Positions 19,868 to 29,247 of a DNA stretch of 64,000 nt are shown here, in pieces (position 1 is the first letter of the stretch; each line of letters starts with the position of its first letter). Where the stretch lies: assembly GCA_026397315.1 (NCBI GenBank), contig JAPLVC010000001.1:96001-160000 (forward strand), given 5' to 3'. Origin of the DNA: Candidatus Aenigmatarchaeota archaeon. Lineage in GTDB: Archaea > Aenigmatarchaeota > Aenigmatarchaeia > QMZP01 > QMZT01. Made by a program: the position numbers and the translations under genes. The notes beneath the pieces were generated by a model. It was not told the origin of the DNA, ran no database searches, and saw only the letters and a list, made by a program, of their open reading frames with translations.

Positions 19868-20101
19868 TCAGAATAAAGGAATATAATGCTGGTCGTAAGA
19901 TTTGGCTAATTTTTTCCCATCTGCGTTTACTTCGGCCATTACTTTTTTGAGATTGGTACCGGAAACCCTTGTAAATATCGTGTGATCGGGGCCTAAATCT
20001 GTATCGCCTATTATACCGAAAAAGATCTGTCGCATTCTTCCGCTTCTGTCAAAAACATAATTCTTAAGGGCCACAGTACCAGTATATGTTGCGAATGTCA
20101 T
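19868..20101 (-). CDS. small hypothetical protein
   Basis: ATG 20101 (MTFATY...) preceded by GGTGG SD-like motif. Confidence 0.45.
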   Translation of the reverse strand: MTFATYTGTVALKNYVFDRSGRMRQIFFGIIGDTDLGPDHTIFTRVSGTNLKKVMAEVNADGKKLAKSYDQHYIPLF

Positions 20102-20129
20102 AAATCCACCATATTTTAATTTTACAGCA

Positions 20130-20627
20130 CTAGATGTCTGGAATATACAGCAATCCGTTTTCTTTAACGGCTTCAGCGAGCTGGCCGAAATCGTTTGAGT
20201 GATTAAACTTAAGCACCCTGTTTTTGTACAGCTCCCAGCACTGGCTTTCCGTTTCTTTAATTTTCCCGTATCTTTTGGGTGCAAATATACTCATGAAAAT
20301 TTTTCCCGGCTCAGATACGCGGACAGGGTTCACAGCATCGAATTTTACACCGATCAGGCTTTCCATTTCGTCGGGTTTAAACTCCGGCGTTCCGTGAAAT
20401 CCTTCCGGTGAGAGGTTTTCAGTCCTGAAAGACGTGCCGTTTAGCCTTTCGACAAAACCGCTCATGTTTTCAAGAGAATCCCTAGTTTCGACATTAGTGT
20501 AAGCATTACCTACCACATAACCTAAGCCAGCGCCAGCTAAAACAGTGGTCCCGATGTTTAAAAATTTGCGCCTGCTCATGGCTGCATAATCATGGTCTAT
20601 CTCTTTCTTGATTTGGTCCGCGTTCAT
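20130..20627 (-). CDS. hypothetical protein with twin-arginine-like N-terminal motif
   Basis: SRRKFL followed by a hydrophobic helix; SD GGTGA; TATA box upstream. Confidence 0.6.
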   Translation of the reverse strand: MNADQIKKEIDHDYAAMSRRKFLNIGTTVLAGAGLGYVVGNAYTNVETRDSLENMSGFVERLNGTSFRTENLSPEGFHGTPEFKPDEMESLIGVKFDAVNPVRVSEPGKIFMSIFAPKRYGKIKETESQCWELYKNRVLKFNHSNDFGQLAEAVKENGLLYIPDI

Positions 20628-20825
20628 TATCAAATCACCCTCAATTATTTATGACTATTTGTCACTTGTTAATAGTTAAAATATACTACATTATTGGTTC
20701 AAGGGTATATAAAGCTTTCGGTAAACCGGGCTTTTAGCCGAGTGCGGTTTATGCCAATTCTACCTCTAAAGGTATATAAGGCAGAACGTTCAAACAATAT
20801 TATAAAATTCTAAGGGGTGTAAACT

Positions 20826-20981
20826 ATGGCTAAGAAAGTTGCTTTTGGTGGTTACACAATTTGCTTTGCCGGCAGGAAAGAAACTCTTGAAGATGTTTTC
20901 GGCAAGGGCAAGATAACTCCAAGCGAAATGACAAAGAAATTGTGGGTCGTCGTTAAGAGCAAGAAACTCGCAGGAAAGTAA
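20826..20981 (+). CDS. 51-aa basic SWIB/MDM2-like mini-protein (below ORF-track cutoff)
   Basis: MAKKVAFGGYTICFAGRKETLEDVFGKGKITPSEMTKKLWVVVKSKKLAGK*; TATA box TATATAA 20773, SD GGGGTG, T-rich terminator downstream. Confidence 0.8.
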   Translation: MAKKVAFGGYTICFAGRKETLEDVFGKGKITPSEMTKKLWVVVKSKKLAGK

Positions 20982-21109
20982 ACGGGTTTCTTCTCTTGTT
21001 TTTTTCTTTTTGTTTTCATTTATATTTTCGCTTGCTTCCCGTTTAGCTGTTTCTCCGTCGTGGAATATTTATATACTGCCAATAATTCTATAACATCGCT
21101 AGGGAGAAC

Positions 21110-22447
21110 ATGGTACTGGACAAGTTCGGTTCGGGCATAAAGGACGTGTTCAAACGGGTCATGGGACTCGGCGTCGTCGACAAAGAGGCAGTCGAAGCCA
21201 TACTGCGCGATTTGCAGCGGACGATGATACAGTCCGATGTCGACGTCAAGCTCGTGTTCGAGATGACCAAGAGCATAAAGGAAAAGGTCCTCAAAGAAAC
21301 GCCGAAGGGAATGACGCTCAAGGAATTCTTCATCAAGACACTTTACGACGAGATAGTCGGCCTGCTCGGCCGGGAGAAAGGGAAGCTGGAACTGAAGAAC
21401 CAGCGCATACTTCTCGTAGGACTGTTCGGTTCCGGCAAGACGACGACCTGCGGCAAGCTCGCATTATGGTTCAAGAAGCGCGGCCTTTCCGTCGCTCTCG
21501 TCGCCTGCGACACGCACCGCGCGGCTGCGCAGGAACAGCTCAGGCAGCTTGGAAAGCAGCTGGACGTCCATGTTTACGACGAAGGCAAAAAACCTGAAGA
21601 CATCGCCAAGAACGCCGCGCAAAAGGCGAAAGAGGGTGTGGTCATATTCGACTCTGCCGGTCGCGACGCGCTTGATGGCGAACTGGCGAAAGAACTGAAG
21701 AAAATGGGCGAGGTCATAAAGCCCGACGAAGTCTTCCTAGTCATACCCGCGGACATAGGCCAGGCCGCGAGGAAACAGGCGGAAGAATTCAACAAGCTGG
21801 TGGGCATAACCGGCGTGATAATCACCAAGATGGACGGCACGGCAAGAGGCGGCGGATCGCTCGCGGCGACCAGAGTATCAGGCTCGAACGTCCGCATGAT
21901 AGGCGTCGGGGAGAAAGTCGATGACTTCGAGGAATACGATCCGCAGCGCTTCGTCTCGAGGCTCATAGGCTACGGCGACCTGCAGGGACTGCTGGAAAAG
22001 GCTAAGGATGCCGGCGCCGAAGAGACGGCGAAAAAGATGATGGAAGGCAAATTCACGATGAACGAGTTCTTCGAGCAGCTCAACTCGCTGCAGAAGATGG
22101 GCTCGCTATCGAAGGTCATGGACATGATACCGGGCATGTCTGGCGGCGGGATGATGAAGAAGCTGCCGCCGAACTTCCTAGACGTGCAGGAAGGGAAAAT
22201 GAAGAAGTGGAAGCACATAATAAATTCCATGACCAAGTCCGAACGTGACGACCCGGAACTGATAAAGCAGAACCGCATAACGAGAATAGCGAAGGGCTCA
22301 GGCACCCAGCCGTCCGACGTGAAGGAACTTCTTAAGAGCTACGAGCAGATAAAGAAGATGCTGAAAATGACAGGCAGCGCAAAGGCCTTCAAGCGCGGCC
22401 CGCTCGCTAAACTCGCTAAACAGTTCGGCATGGGCGCAATGGGTTAA
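21110..22447 (+). CDS. srp54: signal recognition particle protein SRP54
   Basis: GLFGSGKTT, DTHRAAA, DSAGR, TKMDG, Met-rich M domain with RIAKGSG. Confidence 0.97.
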   Translation: MVLDKFGSGIKDVFKRVMGLGVVDKEAVEAILRDLQRTMIQSDVDVKLVFEMTKSIKEKVLKETPKGMTLKEFFIKTLYDEIVGLLGREKGKLELKNQRILLVGLFGSGKTTTCGKLALWFKKRGLSVALVACDTHRAAAQEQLRQLGKQLDVHVYDEGKKPEDIAKNAAQKAKEGVVIFDSAGRDALDGELAKELKKMGEVIKPDEVFLVIPADIGQAARKQAEEFNKLVGITGVIITKMDGTARGGGSLAATRVSGSNVRMIGVGEKVDDFEEYDPQRFVSRLIGYGDLQGLLEKAKDAGAEETAKKMMEGKFTMNEFFEQLNSLQKMGSLSKVMDMIPGMSGGGMMKKLPPNFLDVQEGKMKKWKHIINSMTKSERDDPELIKQNRITRIAKGSGTQPSDVKELLKSYEQIKKMLKMTGSAKAFKRGPLAKLAKQFGMGAMG

Positions 22448-22572
22448 CCCGATACTTGTTTCTGAGTCGCAGACCGAAAGAAAACCGCACCATTTAAATT
22501 CCCGGCGAACCAATATTTTTATATTAGGTATGAAAATCGAACTTTTGATTTTGCTTCGTGGAGGCTGAGAAT

Positions 22573-25500
22573 ATGAATGTCGGTTGTAACTCTAAGAAAA
22601 TTTTGTTTGGTCTTATTCTGTGTGTGTTTTTGTTTTCGCTCGTATCGTCTGTTTCTGCTGCGGAATATTGCGGCGACGGTACGTGTGAATATAAACAAAA
22701 AAGATTGTACCTGGGACAAACCTATCCGTTTCAGCTTTACGGAGCCAGCCATACCGCAAAATTTAAAAGCTTTAACATCACGAGCAAAAGCTCTGCGGTA
22801 GAAATAGACGGCGTAACTCAGATAATGTTCAGAGGTATAATGTACACTCTCTCTGGCGTTCCTGTATATGAGATGAGTTATAGTTACGATTCTACCGCTT
22901 CAAACGAGAGTTACGTTACTGTGAGATTGGGCGAGTTTGGACAATCATGCTCCAGCGACTGCAACACGCAAAAATGCATGCCTTACGTAGATGGCGTATG
23001 CCCCCAGACATGTTCTCTGGGTGTTGATGCAGACTGCTGCACCAACGCTAGTAAATATTGGCTGCAAACCGACTTTGGATTTTCATGTTATGACAATTTT
23101 TACAATTTATGGTGCAATCCCGAACAGCCATGCAGCAGCACTGCGGATGACTGCTGCCCCAACTGGTGCGCGGCAGGCTCAGACTACGACTGCTGCACAC
23201 AGAAAGGAATGTGCTGGACAAATAATGGCTGTTATACCTGTCAGAATAACACATGCACCGACTCCGACGGCGGCAAGAACTATTACGTGAAGGGAACAAC
23301 TACAGGACCGGGCTATGGTAACACAAGTAAACTAATCACATCCACCGACTATTGCGACGGCAACCTTCTAAAAGAAAGATACTGTGATGAAAATGATAAA
23401 TTTAATTCAGAAGATTACGCCTGCTCATACGGCTGCCTAGATGGCAGATGCAAAACAGGCCCTTATGTATGTGTTGATTATGAAGGTGAGAAAAATTATT
23501 ATAAGAAGGGTACAATTACCAATCAGTTCAATCAAAACTACACAGACTCTTGCACAAATAATACTTTAAGAGAATGGTATTGTGATCAGTACGGATCAGG
23601 CGCAAATGAATATTATGCTTGCCCGAACGGCTGCAAGGACGGAGCTTGTAATAATTTTGTTAACGCGTTAAAAGTAATAACGCCGAACGGCAACGAACAA
23701 TTCACAACAGAAAAGATAATAAAATTTTCTTTCTTAGTTAACTCTTATAAAAGTGGTTTGCTTAAATACTGGATTAAGAATTTTGCTACCGGCACAATTT
23801 ACAACATAGGTTCAGTTAGCGCCATACCATCTGCATTTGGTTACGTATATAACCTTGACTGGAATCTTCCCGTCCTTAAAGGGATGGGTGAAGTAATGCC
23901 TTCTGATGGCAAACAATACAAGGCATTCGTGGAATGGAAAAGTGATGATGGATCTGAAATACTTTCAGACGAAAGCGACAATTATTTCACAATCACTAAC
24001 CCACAGACATGCACAGATTCCGACGGCGGTAAAAATTATTATACGAAAGGAACAGTTACAGATGGCAATGGAGTCTCTACCGATGGTTGCTTTGTCCAAG
24101 GAAATAAAGATCCAAGTGCCCCACCAGAATGTTTTGGGTCCGATGGTACTGGAAATGGTAAGTGTATCAATGAAGGATTCTGCGAGAATGAAAAAACAAA
24201 TTATGCAATAGTTATGTGCCCGAACGGCTGCAAGGACGGGGCATGTGTTGGCGGCGACAACGTTAAAGAGCAGGTCAAGTGCGTTTTTGACGGGGCAACG
24301 GAAGATAACAAATGCTATTCCGATGCCGGCTTCAGCTGCCACGGTATCGGGAGCTGCGTGGCCGACGTCTACGGCAGCAAGGGACAGCAGTTGACGTGGA
24401 AAAGCAGTTGCGGTGGATACGCTTACACCGTAATAGACGGTCAGAACGAATATGCCAATTTCTACTGCAAACCCTCATCGTATTGCGGCAACGGCGTTTG
24501 TGAAATAGGAGAGACCCAGCAGAGCTGTCCTCAGGACTGCGTAAAAAATTGCCCTATATGGATAGACATGAGCTTCAACAAAGAGGTTTACTATCCCGGA
24601 GATTATTTTGAGGTGACCATTAAGCTCTATGACTATAACAAGAAACTGATGCCAAACCACGCCTTCAACCTGTATTACACAAATAATGGCAATGAATATC
24701 CGACATCGACAATGTATACCGACTCTGCCGGCATATACAAATCTTCTTCACAAATACCGAAGGATTTCCATGATTTTGGCGAATTCATCTTCGTGGCTTC
24801 AGCAGCAGAGGAAGGCTGCAATTACGTATATGACAAAGAGAATATTTACATAAACAATCTCGGCAGCTGCGGAGACAGCTACTGCAGCAAAGATGAAAAG
24901 GAACTTGTATGCACGACTACATGCGCCACTTGCCCGGTTGAACCAATCTCGGCTACTTCGAGCGTGGCATCCGCTGCCATAACCGGAGCTATAACGACGG
25001 CTGCGACAAATGATGTTTCGACATGCGGCTGCAATGAATATTGTTATGTGAAATGCGCCCGCGACTGCACGCCAAACTGTGGCAATGGTGTTTGTGATAC
25101 CATAGCATGCCTTGCTGAAGGCTGTCCTGTCCCTGAAAACGAGAAGAACTGCCCGAGCGACTGCGGCACAATCAATTATTGCGGTTCGCAGTCACAGGAC
25201 TATAACTGCGTCTGCCAGGAAGGCTTCAAAAAAGAGAAGTTTGAAGCGCCGTGTTCTGCAGTAACGGAAACTGCAAGCAGTACGGCAATTACAACGACAA
25301 ATAATACGATATGCACAGATTCCGACGGCGGGAAGAACTATTATGTTAAAGGATACTCAACCGGGTCAGATGGGTTGGACGGGACTTGGTCAAAAGAAGA
25401 TAAATGTCTGAAGGGTACGGGCGTTTTGGATTATGTCGAGAGTTGCAGCGGTAATGATTGTTATCTTCATGAGGCTATTTGCATAGGCAATCTTGCAACA

Positions 25501-27624
25501 GTTGAGGTTGGCGTTAAATGCCCGAACGGCTGCAAGGACGGGGCGTGCAACAAAACAAATGAAGAGGCTTATTTTAAATTCACTGATGGACACAATACAT
25601 TTATTTTCAAATTAACAGATTCGAAAAAGATACAAGAAGCTAGAGCCATACTTAATGGAAGCCAAACTAATGCTATACATGTTTCAGGCACAATTGATAA
25701 AAAAAGTATTGAAAAATCCGTTGATTACAATTCGCCATGGAACTATTATCTTATCCCTGCAACAATACATTTTTTTGATAACGCTGTTGAAGTTTGTGAT
25801 GCCAGTATTCAATATCTGGAAGACCATCTAAATGAATCTTGCGGCAGTTTTTTGCCAAATTGTGTGTGGTGTCCTTGGGGTTCTAAACTTATTGAAGAGG
25901 TTAAAATAAATCAAACACAAACCTGCACAGACACCGACGGCGGGATTAACTATGACGTGAGAGGCGATATCGTAGTCGTTTACAGTGATGGCACAGAGTC
26001 AGCATCGTGGGATCAGTGCAATTCGGTGGCGAACATATCCGGATATGGCGTGAATACATTATTGGAAAGATATTGCGGAAATGACCAGATTCAAACAATA
26101 TTCTATAACTGCCCCAACGGCTGCAAGGACGGGGCGTGCATAAAGGCTGATACCTGCACATACTACCGATGTATTCCATCATTCACATACCTTAATTTAC
26201 AGACGGACAAATACTATTACGACATAGGCGAGCAGGTGACAATAAGCACAAATTATTTAGACAAAGAAAAGATGACCTTGCAGGAGCTGACTGTGTCTGT
26301 CAAGGACCCTTACGGCAACCTGCAGGAAATCGTCATGAAGCCTGAATGCAACACGGCTGAAGAGTGCCCGCTATGCAAGCCGGGGGGTTATTGCCCGCCG
26401 TGCAGTAGCGTCACAACATGTCAGTTCAAGGGAGTTTACGCAGGAACAAAGATGGTTGGCCTTTACAGCGTGCAATCAGAAATGGCGATGAATAGCGCGT
26501 ATTTCAGGGTTTATGACTACTCCCTGCTAAAAAAATACCTGATACTCAGCGACATAGACGGCTACGTGTATAAGGATTCAAATTTGATGCAAGGCTCTGA
26601 GGACATCACTGTATATTTAGCGAGATATGAAAAGTCAGGCAAGACTTATGACGCGATGGTTGGTGAATTTGAAAGCAGGGACATCCTGAATAAATATCTT
26701 AGTGAAATTTTGAAATCCAATCCTCCAAGCGAGGAGAAGTTTGGCGGTCAGTACATATATGTTCTGAAAAGCGGCAGCCAGAAGGTATACTTCTGGACAA
26801 ACGGCCCATTCCTGATAGTGATATCCGAGGAGATGTATGCCCAGATGAGTGCTGCTGTCAAATCAGTCATTGAGCCAAGCAGCACGGAGACTTCTACCAG
26901 CATTGCCATCGCTGCAAGCGAGACTGCGACGTCTGCTTCCGGCGGGGGTTTATTCACGGGCATGATAACCGGCATGCCTGTTGCTACTGAATCAACAGAA
27001 AGCTTCAAACACTGCGGCGCGGATTCTGTATCATCTGAATGCGCGTGCATGGAAGGCGAGACTAAAGAGGAATTCATGCCATCATGCAAACAGGGCAGCG
27101 AATGCGAAATGGTCTTACATTACAGATGCGTGCAGAGAGAACCGACAGAACTGATAAATGCATACCTCGACAAATACCCGAGCGATATAAAGGCGACCGG
27201 GACGGAGTGCGAAACGAAGAACGGATACTGCATATACTTCCAGGACTCGTGCAAGGACGGCTTCGAGGATTCGGCTCTCGCGTGCAAGACGAAATCCGAG
27301 AAATGCTGCGTCAAGGAAGTGAACAGGGAAGACTTCATTGAAATTTCGCTGAAGCTTGAAAGCATGAGGGTGAAGATGGACACGTTCGAAACGAAGGCGG
27401 AAGCCCTCGCGGCCTATTACATGTCAGTGGGAGATGAGCAAAGAGCCGCTAAATTCCAGGAAGTGGCAGGCATGCTCTCCATGGCAAAGGAAAAGATAGA
27501 CCGCATAATCACAAAGATAAAGGACAACATGGACGACCTCGAGAGCGTAAGGGAAGAAATAAAAAGCGACATTAAAGGCCTGAGGAGTTACATAAGAAAC
27601 ATTCTTGTAAAGATGGTTTCCTAA
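22573..27624 (+). CDS. giant secreted Cys-rich modular surface protein
   Basis: Signal peptide; five CTDSDGG...CPNGCKDGAC-type modules; CGNGVC repeats; BP74-like insert; C-terminal coiled coil; start inferred at ATG 22573. Confidence 0.85.
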   Translation: MNVGCNSKKILFGLILCVFLFSLVSSVSAAEYCGDGTCEYKQKRLYLGQTYPFQLYGASHTAKFKSFNITSKSSAVEIDGVTQIMFRGIMYTLSGVPVYEMSYSYDSTASNESYVTVRLGEFGQSCSSDCNTQKCMPYVDGVCPQTCSLGVDADCCTNASKYWLQTDFGFSCYDNFYNLWCNPEQPCSSTADDCCPNWCAAGSDYDCCTQKGMCWTNNGCYTCQNNTCTDSDGGKNYYVKGTTTGPGYGNTSKLITSTDYCDGNLLKERYCDENDKFNSEDYACSYGCLDGRCKTGPYVCVDYEGEKNYYKKGTITNQFNQNYTDSCTNNTLREWYCDQYGSGANEYYACPNGCKDGACNNFVNALKVITPNGNEQFTTEKIIKFSFLVNSYKSGLLKYWIKNFATGTIYNIGSVSAIPSAFGYVYNLDWNLPVLKGMGEVMPSDGKQYKAFVEWKSDDGSEILSDESDNYFTITNPQTCTDSDGGKNYYTKGTVTDGNGVSTDGCFVQGNKDPSAPPECFGSDGTGNGKCINEGFCENEKTNYAIVMCPNGCKDGACVGGDNVKEQVKCVFDGATEDNKCYSDAGFSCHGIGSCVADVYGSKGQQLTWKSSCGGYAYTVIDGQNEYANFYCKPSSYCGNGVCEIGETQQSCPQDCVKNCPIWIDMSFNKEVYYPGDYFEVTIKLYDYNKKLMPNHAFNLYYTNNGNEYPTSTMYTDSAGIYKSSSQIPKDFHDFGEFIFVASAAEEGCNYVYDKENIYINNLGSCGDSYCSKDEKELVCTTTCATCPVEPISATSSVASAAITGAITTAATNDVSTCGCNEYCYVKCARDCTPNCGNGVCDTIACLAEGCPVPENEKNCPSDCGTINYCGSQSQDYNCVCQEGFKKEKFEAPCSAVTETASSTAITTTNNTICTDSDGGKNYYVKGYSTGSDGLDGTWSKEDKCLKGTGVLDYVESCSGNDCYLHEAICIGNLATVEVGVKCPNGCKDGACNKTNEEAYFKFTDGHNTFIFKLTDSKKIQEARAILNGSQTNAIHVSGTIDKKSIEKSVDYNSPWNYYLIPATIHFFDNAVEVCDASIQYLEDHLNESCGSFLPNCVWCPWGSKLIEEVKINQTQTCTDTDGGINYDVRGDIVVVYSDGTESASWDQCNSVANISGYGVNTLLERYCGNDQIQTIFYNCPNGCKDGACIKADTCTYYRCIPSFTYLNLQTDKYYYDIGEQVTISTNYLDKEKMTLQELTVSVKDPYGNLQEIVMKPECNTAEECPLCKPGGYCPPCSSVTTCQFKGVYAGTKMVGLYSVQSEMAMNSAYFRVYDYSLLKKYLILSDIDGYVYKDSNLMQGSEDITVYLARYEKSGKTYDAMVGEFESRDILNKYLSEILKSNPPSEEKFGGQYIYVLKSGSQKVYFWTNGPFLIVISEEMYAQMSAAVKSVIEPSSTETSTSIAIAASETATSASGGGLFTGMITGMPVATESTESFKHCGADSVSSECACMEGETKEEFMPSCKQGSECEMVLHYRCVQREPTELINAYLDKYPSDIKATGTECETKNGYCIYFQDSCKDGFEDSALACKTKSEKCCVKEVNREDFIEISLKLESMRVKMDTFETKAEALAAYYMSVGDEQRAAKFQEVAGMLSMAKEKIDRIITKIKDNMDDLESVREEIKSDIKGLRSYIRNILVKMVS
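23620..26139 (+). repeat. dispersed near-identical 23-30 nt repeats inside the surface-protein gene
   Basis: TGCCCGAACGGCTGCAAGGACGG at 23620, 24217, 25519 and 26110 (1 mismatch); TGCACAGATTCCGACGGCGG at 24010 and 25312 with variants at 23253 and 25924. Confidence 0.9.
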
Positions 27625-27635
27625 GGGGGTAGACT

Positions 27636-27902
27636 ATGACGAAAGACCTCTATGACAAAATAGCAGAAGAGGATAAAGGTAAAAAAGAAGGCAAAGGCGG
27701 CTCTAAAAAAATGCTGGCCTTGGTGCTGATAGCGGTGATTGCAGTCGCCGGAGTGGCGGGCTTTTTCATCATGAACGGCGGCCTGCCAAGAGGCGGAGAA
27801 ACAATAGCGAATAAGGATCAGGCGACCGACACGCTTTCCGGCCTTGGCAACGACGTCAATGGATTAGCCGAAGATCTTAAAGGCTTGGAAGGGAATCTTT
27901 AA
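27636..27902 (+). CDS. small single-pass membrane protein
   Basis: Lys-rich N-terminus, one TM helix; SD GGGGT. Confidence 0.7.
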   Translation: MTKDLYDKIAEEDKGKKEGKGGSKKMLALVLIAVIAVAGVAGFFIMNGGLPRGGETIANKDQATDTLSGLGNDVNGLAEDLKGLEGNL

Positions 27903-27903
27903 A

Positions 27904-29247
27904 ATGAACATGAAACTAAAAATTATCTTAGCTTGCACTTTTCTATTTTTCATATTCGTGCCTCTCGTCAGGGCGGACGGCATGGCATTCAATACCGGGT
28001 ATGATTTTTCTTCGAACGCATTGCACGGAGAGAATGTGCAGATAGCCGCGATAAACTATGAAAACGGTATGGAAAAGCTGGTTATAGCGGTAAAGATGGA
28101 CCAGATAAATGACAGTTCTGTCATTTGGATAGTGCCCGTGCCTTCAAAGCCCGAGAATGTAAAAATAAACGTACTCAAAAGCTTCCCGCTATTCGATGGT
28201 TATGAAATAATAAAAGGGGCTAGAAACAAAGTGAACCAGTTCACGAATAATGTCGGATTCGTGGTCATGCTTAACCAATTATGGCCAATTCCTATGATAC
28301 TTTTCGGGACAGGGTTTACTTCGCTTGCATCCCAGGGAGGAGTGCAAGTTTATGCCGAAACCCAGAAAGAAGGCATAACTACACAGGTCGTGACAGCGGA
28401 AACTTCACAGGGCCTTTATGATTACATCAGATCCAAGGGAGTGAACGTAAACTCTGTTTCCATACCTGTCATCGACGAATACATAGGAAAAAATTATTGC
28501 TTCGTAGTAAGCTGGATAAATGCAAAAACCAGTAAGGTTAATTACAATACTCCTTCAATTTTTGTCGAGTTCCCGACGGAGAGGATTTTCTACCCTCTCA
28601 AACCAACGAGCGTTTATGGCGAAAGGACCATACCGGTCATCATTTACATAATGGGCTTCGCCAAGCCGGAATTCTACGACGATATAAAGAGCTACGCAAG
28701 ATACAAATATTTCGTCAGAGAAAGCGGATATGTGCCTGAAAACTGGCCTTCTGAATTTTACAGCAAAGAGGAAGCTGGAAAATTATTTTATTACACCCGC
28801 ATGACCATAGGATATGAAAGAAGTTTCGGCTTTGAACCGGATATGATAAATATACCGACTCCGGCTGCTAGCAAATTCGTAGACGATTTGTGGATGGAAA
28901 AACTTGAAAAGGTACCGCCTGAAATAGAAGCCATTATCGCCAAGGCGGACCTATTGGACGCCATCTCAAAAAACAATTTTCTGCCGGTTGTATGGATCGC
29001 GCTCATGTCAATGATAACAGGAATGATAGCTGGGGTAATTGTGTTCAGGGACTTGAGAATAATCGGCTATGCCATTCTAGGGCTGGCAAACTGCCTGACG
29101 CTGCTCGGAGTGATTGCAGCAACTTACAAATTCATGAAAGATGAAAGCGGCAAAAAGAAAAAGGCTTTCATTATAGTTTTCATGCTGCTTTTCCTTGCGC
29201 TCAATTACGCAGGCCTTATGGTTCTGAGTGCTTTGATTCTAAACTAG
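27904..29247 (+). CDS. DUF2330-like secreted/membrane protein
   Basis: Signal peptide ADG, WIVPVPSKP, IDEYIGKNYCFVV, IFYPLKPTS, C-terminal TM helices. Confidence 0.7.
   Translation: MNMKLKIILACTFLFFIFVPLVRADGMAFNTGYDFSSNALHGENVQIAAINYENGMEKLVIAVKMDQINDSSVIWIVPVPSKPENVKINVLKSFPLFDGYEIIKGARNKVNQFTNNVGFVVMLNQLWPIPMILFGTGFTSLASQGGVQVYAETQKEGITTQVVTAETSQGLYDYIRSKGVNVNSVSIPVIDEYIGKNYCFVVSWINAKTSKVNYNTPSIFVEFPTERIFYPLKPTSVYGERTIPVIIYIMGFAKPEFYDDIKSYARYKYFVRESGYVPENWPSEFYSKEEAGKLFYYTRMTIGYERSFGFEPDMINIPTPAASKFVDDLWMEKLEKVPPEIEAIIAKADLLDAISKNNFLPVVWIALMSMITGMIAGVIVFRDLRIIGYAILGLANCLTLLGVIAATYKFMKDESGKKKKAFIIVFMLLFLALNYAGLMVLSALILN

Noticed and set aside
19868-20633. Frameshifted single gene or pseudogene
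   Set aside because: The downstream frame has its own ATG (20101) with an SD-like GGTGG, so two adjacent genes is the simpler reading.
23253-26139. CRISPR array or DGR template/variable repeats
   Set aside because: Repeats are in-frame coding, irregularly spaced hundreds of nt apart and show no adenine-specific mismatches; no cas or reverse transcriptase gene is in the window.
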